From: Syntrophorhabdales bacterium
GTDB lineage: Bacteria > Desulfobacterota > Syntrophorhabdia > Syntrophorhabdales > WCHB1-27
Length of the DNA: 64,000 nt
Assembly (NCBI GenBank): GCA_035541455.1
Contig: DATKNH010000046.1
Coordinates: 8,290-72,289, forward strand
Direction: 5' to 3'
Positions 9,679 to 17,676 of this stretch are shown piece after piece. Numbering within the stretch: the stretch's first letter is position 1; every line of letters begins with the position of its first letter. Below the pieces are notes generated by a model. The model was given only the letters and a program-made list of their open reading frames with translations, searched no databases and was not told the origin of the DNA. Position numbers and translations under genes: made by a program.

Positions 9679-9765
9679 CGATGGATAACGAGGCGATCCG
9701 AGGCTTGGGATGCGAAGGCGTACCTTGGGGTACGTCGAAGCAGCACAGGCCGAAGGGCAACGACG
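9679..9765. repeat. GC-rich REP-like intergenic repeat, copy X
   Basis: The core gatgcgaaggcgtaccttggggtacgtcgaagcagcacaggccgaagggcaacgacg aligns, at about 70% by eye, with 51618-51676 (gcacgcaggcgtactgagacgtacgtcggagtggcacagggcgccgcgcaacgccg). It contains the hairpin cgtacc-ttgg-ggtacg. Confidence 0.5.
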
Positions 9766-9797
9766 TTAGACGCGAAAGGCGCCCGGCGTCAGCAGGT

Positions 9798-12428
9798 TTA
9801 GTCTTCCCATTCTTCAAGCGATGCTTCGGCCATCTTCCCTGTCAGCACGGCCAGCTTCACCGCTCTTATGGTGCGGTACACCTCTGCAGGCTGCCGCTTC
9901 ACACCATCAATCATCAGCAGATCCTCGTCGATCGAGATGCCGAAGAGCTGCTCATTTTCCTGCAGGTAGGGTAAGATAAGCTGCCAGTCTTCCTCCGAGA
10001 AATCACGGAACTCGCCGCCGTTGAGCTGTTCCGGCACGAGTGTGCGATGCGGGTCACGCACGAAAATAGCACCACCGGACGCAAGAGAGAAAAGGTTAGA
10101 ACCCGGATAGGGCGTTGACAGCGCGGTTACATTCCCGTCGTCATCCATGGTCAAACCATTGAGCACCACAAAACCCCCACCGTTGTGCGGGTCACCGGCC
10201 ATGAAAGATTCGGCCAGAAAGTCGAGCACTGTGCCGTTGATCACAACGCGTGGTTTGCCTGCAGCATTGATCAAAGGCCTTCCTGCGGCGTTCCCCAGCA
10301 CATAGACTTCACCGCCTTTGGCGCCGTACATGAAAGTCTGCCCCACGTCGCCGTGCACCACCAGCTTTCCGCTCTTGAGAATCTGGCCGAGCTGGTCCTG
10401 GGCATTACCGTGGACGTGAATCTCAAGGCCGTCTATGCCGGAAGCGAGGTAGTCACCTGTAGCGCCGTAGGCGTCGATGCGCACACCTCGTGTATCCGGG
10501 CCGAGTGAACAACCGAGAAAACGCTGCCCCTTGTGACCGAACGCAATGAAGCGTTTCCAACCCAGTGCATAGGCATCCGTCACCAGACGCGAGTGGCAGT
10601 CGTCCCCCTCCGCGGCAAACGCTTTTACATCAACGACGAGTACTTCTTCACCACGCTTTGGCTTACGGAGCTTCTCTCGAGTGGCGTAATCTATTCTCAC
10701 AAAATTGCTGGTCTTGCGCGCGTCGATAGCTGGAATCGCTCTGAAAATCTCATCAAGGCTTGTCATAATCATCTGGACAATAGACCGGCGCCGCTTGCAG
10801 CCGATTGGATATCGACGGTCAAGAAGATGTGTCAGAACCTCGATGACTGTTGCTCTGAACTTATCAGATGAGGCCATGGACGAAAGGTGTTGGAGCGCCA
10901 CGCGTACCTGCTCATAGTCCCATGCGACAAACTTCTCGCTCAGAAATGCAAAGACCCACTGGGCATTACCTTTCTTCACCAGCTCTTCGATTTCCTGTCG
11001 CACGGCTGCATCAAGCGCGCACGAACTCAGACCGTTACGGAAGTCATAAGGCTCCCGTTCTTTCGGTACATCGATCACACGGCCGAACTTGTCCGTGCAC
11101 GTCAGCGCGTTCCCGTTTCCTTTCGGGTCGACCGTGAAGATAAAGGCTCCGCCGTCTGTGTAGCTACCGCCACGGGCGTTCCAGTACTTGTCCGCGACCG
11201 TGCCGAACCGGGGATCTTCAGCTGCCAGACTGTCGAGCGTTGCGTCGATGGCCTGCTTCTCCGAGCAGATAAGTCCTATCTGGAAATCACCCTTCTGCAG
11301 CGCGAAGACCTGCGGCCTCAGCATCGCCGTATCGGTGATGCCTATCAGCTGAAACTTTTTCTCCTTCGGCAGCGTGCGGGCAATAATGAAGAACCACGGT
11401 CCGTCGGGCGAGCCATGGATCTGGGTTGCCTGAATCTGTCGGTAGATGCGCTGCCTGTCCGGAGGAAGGTGGTCAAAATCCATCTCCGCAGTGGGGGCGA
11501 GTGATTCAATGATGTACTCGAGGGGATAGCCGTAGACGCGGTTGAGCAGGTCGAACACCTGGATGGAAACCTCGGTATCCGTCAGGAAGAGAGGGAATAT
11601 ATTCCGTTGCCGCAGATATTCAGTCACCGAATAGTAGTTGGCAAAGTCGCCGTTGTGCACGAGTGCCTCATCCAAACCGATAAAAGGGTGTGCCCCGCCC
11701 GGATGCCAGACGCGCCCCTTGGTCGGATAGCGCTGGTGCGCGATCCAGATGTGGGCTTTGAAGCCCTCGAGCTTGTAGTACTGCGCCACCTGCTCGGCAT
11801 ATCCAACGATCTTCAGGATCATCATGTTGCGGCCGTGCGAAAGCACAAAGGCCCGCTTCTCGCCCAGTGAACTGTAGTAGGTGTAGTTGAGCTGAAAGCT
11901 GTTCTGGTAGATGAACTCTTCTTCTGTCTTTTCCGCTGAGAGCGCAAGGAGGCCGCGCTCCTTCTGGAATCGTTCGAGCGCTTCGGGCTTAACCCTGACG
12001 AAGTAGCGCTTCACCGCTGGCGGCTTCATCTCCAGACCAGGGACATCGCGGTAGTCGTCAACCGTATCGAGGAAACCCTCGTGGTCGACACGGAACTGAG
12101 GCCGGATGAACCTTGCTTCCATCTCGGGAAGAGCCGTCTCATCCAGAAGCGATATCTGAATGCAGAAATCCTCGTCCAGCACTTTCTGGCTCACGCCCAG
12201 TTGGGTAGGATCGAGCCCTGCCGCGGCTATGCCGCCGCCCTTTCCATTCCCGCGATTGTGCATCTGGACGGATGGTTCAAAGATGTGGCGACCGCTAACC
12301 GGGATGCTGCACGCAAAACCGGTAACACCGCAACCACCCTCCTCAGCCTCCTTCTGGCCAACCGGAGGCGCGTACGCCCTCAGGTGAGCGCGCGCACTAA
12401 GTATCGCCTTGATCTCCGACTCTTTCAT
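9798..12428 (-). CDS. Glutamate synthase subunit: class II (Ntn) glutamine amidotransferase domain fused to a GXGXG (GltB C-terminal) domain
   Basis: 876 aa. The N-terminal region carries EEGGCGVTGFA...HNRGNGKGGGIA (Ntn-amidotransferase type). The C-terminal region carries GHKGQRFLG...DAYGATGDYLASG...IHVHGNAQDQLG...VVHGDVGQTFMYGAKGGEVYVLGNAAGRPLINA, which is the GXGXG beta-helix motif series. Confidence 0.8.
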   Translation of the reverse strand: MKESEIKAILSARAHLRAYAPPVGQKEAEEGGCGVTGFACSIPVSGRHIFEPSVQMHNRGNGKGGGIAAAGLDPTQLGVSQKVLDEDFCIQISLLDETALPEMEARFIRPQFRVDHEGFLDTVDDYRDVPGLEMKPPAVKRYFVRVKPEALERFQKERGLLALSAEKTEEEFIYQNSFQLNYTYYSSLGEKRAFVLSHGRNMMILKIVGYAEQVAQYYKLEGFKAHIWIAHQRYPTKGRVWHPGGAHPFIGLDEALVHNGDFANYYSVTEYLRQRNIFPLFLTDTEVSIQVFDLLNRVYGYPLEYIIESLAPTAEMDFDHLPPDRQRIYRQIQATQIHGSPDGPWFFIIARTLPKEKKFQLIGITDTAMLRPQVFALQKGDFQIGLICSEKQAIDATLDSLAAEDPRFGTVADKYWNARGGSYTDGGAFIFTVDPKGNGNALTCTDKFGRVIDVPKEREPYDFRNGLSSCALDAAVRQEIEELVKKGNAQWVFAFLSEKFVAWDYEQVRVALQHLSSMASSDKFRATVIEVLTHLLDRRYPIGCKRRRSIVQMIMTSLDEIFRAIPAIDARKTSNFVRIDYATREKLRKPKRGEEVLVVDVKAFAAEGDDCHSRLVTDAYALGWKRFIAFGHKGQRFLGCSLGPDTRGVRIDAYGATGDYLASGIDGLEIHVHGNAQDQLGQILKSGKLVVHGDVGQTFMYGAKGGEVYVLGNAAGRPLINAAGKPRVVINGTVLDFLAESFMAGDPHNGGGFVVLNGLTMDDDGNVTALSTPYPGSNLFSLASGGAIFVRDPHRTLVPEQLNGGEFRDFSEEDWQLILPYLQENEQLFGISIDEDLLMIDGVKRQPAEVYRTIRAVKLAVLTGKMAEASLEEWED

Positions 12429-12461
12429 GACCTCTTCCTTCTAGCCTTTATCCTTTTTCCT

Positions 12462-12520
12462 TTCGCCTCGTAACCCGTAACACTCTTGCACGTAGCCTGC
12501 AACCCGTAACCCGCAACGTG
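12462..12520 (-). repeat. Heptamer-repeat spacer (GTTRCGG units) between GOGAT genes
   Basis: The minus strand reads GTTGCGG GTTACGG GTTGCAG ...GTGTTACGG GTTACGA GGCGAAA. It also contains ACGAGGCGAA, which recurs at 577-586 (+). The 9-mer ACGAGGCGA is at 9688-9696 (+). Confidence 0.5.
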
Positions 12521-12526
12521 TATTTA

Positions 12527-14074
12527 TCAGTCTAACTCTCCCCTCACTTCTTCCTTCTTCATATAATCGATATGGACCAGAGCATCCATGCGGCCCGTGA
12601 GTTCCGTGATGCTCTTCATACCCAATCGCGCGAGTATCTTCCTGAACTGCTCACACCAGGCGAGGTACATATTGATGATCCTCTGTGTACCCCACTCCAC
12701 ATCCATCAAACCAGTCAGCTCTTCATCGGTTGTTGCAATGCCCCTTGCGCAGCCGCGTCCTGACTCACAGTGGTGGCAACGCAGGCACTCCAGCGCCACC
12801 ATATCTGCTGTGCCCAGGCAGACCCCGTCTGCTCCCAGCGCTATAATCTTTGCAGCGTCATACGCATTGCGAACACCGCCGGATGCGATAACGGTTATGC
12901 CGTCACGGATGCCTTCCGCCGCAAGGAACTTATGTACCTTCGGCACCGCATATTCGATAGGCATGGCGATGTTTTTCTTGGCGATATCGGGCGCCGCACC
13001 TGTTCCACCGTAACTTCCGTCCAGATGAATGATGTGCGCCCCCGCATAAAAGCTGCCGACAGCCACCATATCCACATCGGTCGGCGTAGAGACCTTGACC
13101 GAAACAAGGGTTCTCGGATTTATTGCCTTGATCCAGTCAACATGCTTCTTGTGATCCTCGACAGAGTAAACACTGTGGAAGGGGAAGGGTGAAAAAAGCG
13201 CGCTTCCGGTGACTGCTTCGCGCATCCTGGCGACAGCCGGCGTCACCTTGTCGCCGAGCAGGTGGCCGCCAAGGCCAGGTTTTGCGCCCTGCGCATACTT
13301 GAACTCGACAATGCGAACGCGCTGAATGGTCTCCTCCCTTACACCGAAAAGCCCTGTAGCCACTTGCGTAATGACGTGGTCGTCGTAAGGCTTGAGATCA
13401 TCGGGATAGCCCCCTTCGCCTGTGCAGCAGAAGGTGTCCAGTGCGGTCGCAGCACGGACCCGCGAGAGCATCGTTACAATGCTTACCGAGCCGAAGGACA
13501 TGCCGCCTAAGTAGAAAGGCACGGGAATAGTAACTCTTGGCCGCGCGTCATTCGAGCGATTCAGGTCGATGGCCAGAGAGATGTCTTTGTCCTTGATGGC
13601 CTTCGCCTTCGTACCGTTACCGTTAACGGGATAGAGCAGCCGCAATTTATCAAAACCTCCGCCCGAATCACCCGTCTTGTAGTTGATATCCTGGTGCGGC
13701 GTAAGGCCGGTCTCCGCCATATGCCACGTGCTGGCAAGCAGGTCAGCCGTCCAGCGCTTGTCGCCGAGCAGCTCAAATGAAGGATTACGCCGTATGCTAA
13801 TGGCAGCCACTGGGCAGCGGCTCACGCAGTAAAATGAATTCTTCTCACACCCGGGTCCGAGGCAGAGATGCTCTTTCGGGGTTCTCGGCTTTTTGGAGCC
13901 CTTAGAATAAACGCCATAGGGACATATTTCGATGCAGAGGCCGCAGTTGTTGCAGGAAGTGTCGATGGAAAGGAGATACTTGCCCAGGGCATAGCGAAAA
14001 CGTGACGGCGCTGGCTTTGCCTTCGGCAGCGTCGCGCTTTTCTTTCGTGGCTTGGTTGTTTTTGTTGCCTTCAT
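12527..14074 (-). CDS. Glutamate synthase FMN-binding (GltB domain 2) subunit with an N-terminal 2x[4Fe-4S] ferredoxin domain
   Basis: 515 aa. Cys clusters CNNCGLCIEICP and CVSRCP are present. The core QGAKPGLGGHLLGDKVTPAVARMR...FSPFPFHSVYSVEDHKKHVDWIKAINP...VSVKV and GGVRNAYDAAKIIALGADGV match the GltB FMN domain. Confidence 0.85.
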   Translation of the reverse strand: MKATKTTKPRKKSATLPKAKPAPSRFRYALGKYLLSIDTSCNNCGLCIEICPYGVYSKGSKKPRTPKEHLCLGPGCEKNSFYCVSRCPVAAISIRRNPSFELLGDKRWTADLLASTWHMAETGLTPHQDINYKTGDSGGGFDKLRLLYPVNGNGTKAKAIKDKDISLAIDLNRSNDARPRVTIPVPFYLGGMSFGSVSIVTMLSRVRAATALDTFCCTGEGGYPDDLKPYDDHVITQVATGLFGVREETIQRVRIVEFKYAQGAKPGLGGHLLGDKVTPAVARMREAVTGSALFSPFPFHSVYSVEDHKKHVDWIKAINPRTLVSVKVSTPTDVDMVAVGSFYAGAHIIHLDGSYGGTGAAPDIAKKNIAMPIEYAVPKVHKFLAAEGIRDGITVIASGGVRNAYDAAKIIALGADGVCLGTADMVALECLRCHHCESGRGCARGIATTDEELTGLMDVEWGTQRIINMYLAWCEQFRKILARLGMKSITELTGRMDALVHIDYMKKEEVRGELD

Positions 14075-14077
14075 GAC

Positions 14078-15472
14078 CTACTGTCCTCTGCTTCCCAGGC
14101 TTGCGAATTCGCGTTCCAGATCCTCGAAGAACATGGCGCGCCCCATTTCACCGCGAAGTCTTCTCACTTCACGCAACCCCATGGCGCCCATGACCTCAAG
14201 CAACTGGTTGTGCCAGCCCGCCATAAGGTTTTTCACACGGCGGCTACCCCAGCCCGGATCTACTTCCCCGAGTTCCACCGGGCACGCAACCCCCTGTGCG
14301 CAACGACGACAAACGCGGCACTCCATGGCCACCAGGAGCGGTATATCGCAGCTGACCGCATCCGCTCCGCAGATGATGACTTTTGCCATGTGCTCCGCCA
14401 TCGCGATGCCGCCTCCTGCAATGATCGTAATTTGATCTCTCAAACCCTTATCGACCAGGAATAGATGCGCCTCCTTCAAACGGTCCTTGATGAAGAGAGG
14501 CTCATCTGCTTCTTCCATGCCGAATTCATCGGCGACAATATGGATTATCTCCGCACCCTCGCGGGTCAGTTCTGCTATGCGAGCACCCGCGGTCGGCGTA
14601 AGCGGCATGCGAATGGCGACGAGGAGGTCCGGCTTCTGCTCCTTCAGTATCCGTTGCCATTCAAGAATGGCAGGGCTGTCCGGTATTTCTACGATCCGCA
14701 CCCGCTCAAGCAAATGACCGTCCAGGCGACGGCTGCCTGCGTCGGGGCCGCGGTCCAAGAGCAGGATTGTATTCGGGAGAAAGCCCTCGTAGATCGGGAG
14801 CCACTCAGATTCCTTTATCACGACAAATGTCCCCAACTCGGTTGCTGCCCGCAACAAAGCTCTTAATATGCGTTTCCTCGGGGGCGAAAAGGGAAGCAGG
14901 TCAAATATGAAAGGAACCGGTATTTCGACAAGGGGAGGGATCGGGTGAGCAGGCTGGCCCTGGTCATCGAACTGCAAGGCCATCATCTTTCTGCCGAGGT
15001 CGACCGTGGTGCTGATATATTCCCTGCCGTGGATTCCGTCGCGAGTCGGTCTCACAATCTCCGACATATCAGTCCACATGGCGTCAAAACCGGGTCCGGC
15101 GAAGAGTCCGCCGTATCCCGCGCCAGACACAGGAATTTTGCCTGTTTCAGCCTGCGCCCAGAGATTCCCAAGAATCTCTGGCGTCCAGTAATGGTCGCCG
15201 ATTGTGCGATAGGTCGGATTCACGCCCTTCTGGATCAGCCTGGCAGGGCAGTTCTGCACGCAGCGAAAGCAATCCTGGCAGGCGCTGTCCAGGGAATCGA
15301 GCATCTGGCGCTCGTCCAGCGAGCGCGTTCCGTACACATTGTAGACGCATTCCTTTTTCACACAGCGGGCGCACTTAAGGCATCCCTCTTCCCAGGCTAT
15401 CACGCCGGATCGCGTTACAGCCCTGAACCTGTTAGGCACAGACGCGGTGTGTATCTGATATTTCGGCGGCAT
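14078..15472 (-). CDS. Glutamate synthase-related Fe-S protein (degenerate paralog of the FMN subunit)
   Basis: 464 aa. Cys motifs CLKCARCVKKEC, CQDCFRCVQNCP and C-terminal CRVCRRCAQGVACP are present. The C-terminal ITIIAGGGIAMAEHMAKVIICGADAV parallels ITVIASGGVRNAYDAAKIIALGADGV of the neighbouring subunit, but the QGAKPG..GG substrate/FMN block is not seen. Confidence 0.65.
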   Translation of the reverse strand: MPPKYQIHTASVPNRFRAVTRSGVIAWEEGCLKCARCVKKECVYNVYGTRSLDERQMLDSLDSACQDCFRCVQNCPARLIQKGVNPTYRTIGDHYWTPEILGNLWAQAETGKIPVSGAGYGGLFAGPGFDAMWTDMSEIVRPTRDGIHGREYISTTVDLGRKMMALQFDDQGQPAHPIPPLVEIPVPFIFDLLPFSPPRKRILRALLRAATELGTFVVIKESEWLPIYEGFLPNTILLLDRGPDAGSRRLDGHLLERVRIVEIPDSPAILEWQRILKEQKPDLLVAIRMPLTPTAGARIAELTREGAEIIHIVADEFGMEEADEPLFIKDRLKEAHLFLVDKGLRDQITIIAGGGIAMAEHMAKVIICGADAVSCDIPLLVAMECRVCRRCAQGVACPVELGEVDPGWGSRRVKNLMAGWHNQLLEVMGAMGLREVRRLRGEMGRAMFFEDLEREFASLGSRGQ

Positions 15473-15488
15473 CGCGTGCTCCTTGCAT

Positions 15489-16412
15489 TCATAAAACAGG
15501 ACGCGGCAGGAGTTTCGCTCCTTCCACGATTTCTGCTACGGCCTCTTCCCATTCGATAGCCATGATGTGAACACCGTGAATCCCTTTGATCTCCCGCAGC
15601 TCAGCAATAGTTTCTACGCAGATTTTGAGACCCTCTTTTTTCTGATCTTTTGAGGGGACACCCTTGAGCCGGTCAATGATCTCCGCAGGAATATCTATAC
15701 CGGCCACGTTGTTTGCCATGTATTCCGCCATCCTTACGGACTTGAGCGGTGTTACACCGCCAAGAATATAGACCTTCGAGTCGACACCGAGATCCCTTAC
15801 CTGCTGCATCCACTCCTTGAAGTAAGGCAGGTTGTAGATGCACTGCGTCTGGATGAACTCGGCGCCCGCGCTAACTTTCTTCCCGAGCCGGCGTGCGCGG
15901 TATGAACGGGGGTCCGCAAAAGGATTCTCCACAGCCCCGATAAAGAGTTCCGGAGGCAGCGTCAGTTTGTCTCCGCCGAGGATGGTGCCCTCGTCCCTCA
16001 TCTGGCGCACAAGGTGAATGAACTGGGTTGAGTCAATGTCAAAGACGCCTTTTGCCTCCGGCTGGTTGCCGAAAGACTGGTGATCGCCTGAGAGACAGAG
16101 AATGTTTCTGATGCCCAGTGCTGACGCGCCGAGCACGTCTGATTGCAGGGCGATCCGGTTCCTGTCACGCGTCACCATCTGGAGCACCGGGTCGAGTCCC
16201 TCCTCTCTGAGGATAGCGCATGAAGCAAGACTCGATAAACGCACCACACCTGTCTGGTTATCCGTTACATTGACGCTGTCCACACAGTTTTTGAGCAGGT
16301 TTCCCTTTTTGCGCACCGCTTCGGGATCCGCCCCCTTGGGTGGCCCGCACTCGGCAGTGACGGCGAACTGGCCTGCAGCCAGTATTTTTCTAAGTCGGCT
16401 CTCCGGTTTCAA
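15489..16412 (-). CDS. metF: Methylenetetrahydrofolate reductase catalytic subunit (acetogen/anaerobe-type MetF)
   Basis: Carries FAVTAECGPPKGADP...VNVTDNQTGVVRLSS...VTRDRNRIALQSDVLGA..GIRNILCLSGDH. The preferred start is TTG at 16412, with GGAGGA 9 nt upstream and a TTGA overlap with the metV stop. The ATG at 16469 would overlap metV by 61 nt. Confidence 0.85.
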   Translation of the reverse strand: MKPESRLRKILAAGQFAVTAECGPPKGADPEAVRKKGNLLKNCVDSVNVTDNQTGVVRLSSLASCAILREEGLDPVLQMVTRDRNRIALQSDVLGASALGIRNILCLSGDHQSFGNQPEAKGVFDIDSTQFIHLVRQMRDEGTILGGDKLTLPPELFIGAVENPFADPRSYRARRLGKKVSAGAEFIQTQCIYNLPYFKEWMQQVRDLGVDSKVYILGGVTPLKSVRMAEYMANNVAGIDIPAEIIDRLKGVPSKDQKKEGLKICVETIAELREIKGIHGVHIMAIEWEEAVAEIVEGAKLLPRPVL

Positions 16413-17077
16413 TTTCTCTGATCCTCCCGCACGATTTTCCTCGGGCCCTTGCCCTCTTTCTTCGACCAATTGGCAGGTGGTTGCACAGAGCCCAGTTTAT
16501 CGAGACGATTGCTCTCTTCCAACCGCGTCACTATCAAGTGCCATGCGCACGGCGTCTCGGGATCAACCTCACAGTATCCTCCCTTTGAGCCGCCGCAAGG
16601 ACCATTGAACAGGCTCTTCGCGCAGCGCGTTATCGGACAGACATCTGCGAACCTGTCCAGCTTGCAATCGCCACAGGCCCGGCAGTTCTCAACCCACAGG
16701 CCCGCCTCCCGTGTCTGGCCGATGAAGGTCGTGTTGAGCGCCGGAACGATGTGGATCTTCGGAAAAATCTCGGCGATTGCCTGCACACCGGCGCCGCAGC
16801 CCAGGGAAAGAATCGCGTCACACTGATCGATCAATGCGGTGAGCTGGTCGATGAATTCATAGACACACTGACGATCGAGCGTAATTTCGCGTATCTCCAC
16901 ACGCCGCCCCTCTTTCTTCGCGTCCATGCGCAGCGCTGATGCAAGAAGAGCAACTTCCTTCTCTCCTCCCGAGGCGCATTCGGCAACACACGTACCACAG
17001 CCAACGATCAATAATTTCTTGTAAGGGGAGATGCTTTCCTTAATTTCCGGAAGAGGCTTTCTTTCTGCAGTAATCAT
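16409..17077 (-). CDS. metV: Methylenetetrahydrofolate reductase-associated Fe-S/zinc-ribbon subunit (MetV)
   Basis: 222 aa. The N-terminal LLIVGCGTCVAECASGG and C-terminal CRACGDCKLDRFADVCPITRCAKSLFNGPCGGSKGGYCEV are typical of the MTHFR C-terminal-domain protein encoded next to metF. Confidence 0.8.
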   Translation of the reverse strand: MITAERKPLPEIKESISPYKKLLIVGCGTCVAECASGGEKEVALLASALRMDAKKEGRRVEIREITLDRQCVYEFIDQLTALIDQCDAILSLGCGAGVQAIAEIFPKIHIVPALNTTFIGQTREAGLWVENCRACGDCKLDRFADVCPITRCAKSLFNGPCGGSKGGYCEVDPETPCAWHLIVTRLEESNRLDKLGSVQPPANWSKKEGKGPRKIVREDQRN

Positions 17078-17119
17078 ATACGACTCCTATGCTGCGCAAC
17101 TACATACTCACATGTCGTG

Positions 17120-17560
17120 TCACGGAGTGTTGCGCGCTGCTTCTTTCGTCTCTCTGGCATTGAGCGGTGATTGAGTCAGCCCCTTTTCCCTGCTGATCAG
17201 CATGCGGGCTATGTCATCAATGGTGTTCGGAAAAGGTGAGGAGGCATGGATCAGTTCAAAACGCTCAGGCTCGAGACCGATCTCTTCTATGAGCTTGCGG
17301 GCAAATTCCACTCTCTTTTTTGCCCTCGTATTGCCTTCCTTATAGCGGCAGGCTCCTACAGGGCACGTAACAAGATAGACTTTATCTGCTCCGGCCTCAA
17401 GGGCGCGCATCAGATGAAGTGACTCTATCCTACCTGAACAGGGAAGGGTAAAGAATTTTATCCGCGAGCCAAGCTCCTTTTCAAGAGCCCGCCGGTTCAC
17501 GTCCTGCTCAGGATCAAGCCGCTGACAGAAAAAAATGGCGAAGTTGAATTCCTTTTCCAT
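17120..17560 (-). CDS. mvhD: MvhD/FlpD-like [2Fe-2S] hydrogenase iron-sulfur subunit
   Basis: 146 aa. IFFCQRL...FTLPCSGRIESLHLMRALEAGADKVYLVTCPVGACRYKEGN matches the methyl-viologen-reducing hydrogenase delta-subunit family. Confidence 0.8.
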   Translation of the reverse strand: MEKEFNFAIFFCQRLDPEQDVNRRALEKELGSRIKFFTLPCSGRIESLHLMRALEAGADKVYLVTCPVGACRYKEGNTRAKKRVEFARKLIEEIGLEPERFELIHASSPFPNTIDDIARMLISREKGLTQSPLNARETKEAARNTP

Positions 17561-17579
17561 AGGTATCCTAACGCACGGG

Positions 17580-17606
17580 AAAAAAGGGGCGCCCGATGGA
17601 CGCCCC
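17580..17606 (-). terminator. Intrinsic terminator-like hairpin 19 nt upstream of the mvhD start codon
   Basis: The minus strand reads GGGGCGUCC-auc-GGGCGCCCC (9 bp stem including one G.U) followed by UUUUUU. It lies downstream of the amidotransferase stop (17677) and immediately before the mvhD RBS. Confidence 0.6.
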
Positions 17607-17641
17607 TGTCGTTTGCGTGCACGCCTTCGTGCCGAAGCGTT

Positions 17642-17671
17642 ATCTTAACAAACCCGCAAATCCTTTGTCAA
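17642..17671 (-). promoter_or_regulatory. Sigma70-like promoter candidate (TTGACA-N18-TAAGAT) upstream of the mvhD leader terminator
   Basis: On the minus strand, TTGACA is at 17671-17666 and TAAGAT at 17647-17642. The same hexamers occur at the nuoA promoter candidate. The 18 nt spacing is slightly long. Confidence 0.35.
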
Positions 17672-17676
17672 GCTCC

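Noticed and set aside
9681-9974. 97-aa + strand ORF covering repeat copy X and the 3' end of the GOGAT gene
   Set aside because: It runs antisense into the 876-aa gene and has no RBS. Its N-terminal half is the REP-like repeat.
14078-15472. Interpreting the 464-aa Fe-S protein as an HdrA-like flavoprotein partner of MvhD
   Set aside because: No GxGxxG FAD/NAD-binding motif or HdrA-type pattern was seen. Its C-terminus is clearly paralogous to the GltB FMN-domain subunit next door, so it is called GltB-related instead.
16409-16469. The 61-nt metV/metF overlap as a sign of a frameshift, gene fusion or pseudogene
   Set aside because: Both ORFs are intact and full length. The overlap disappears if metF starts at the RBS-supported TTG at 16412.
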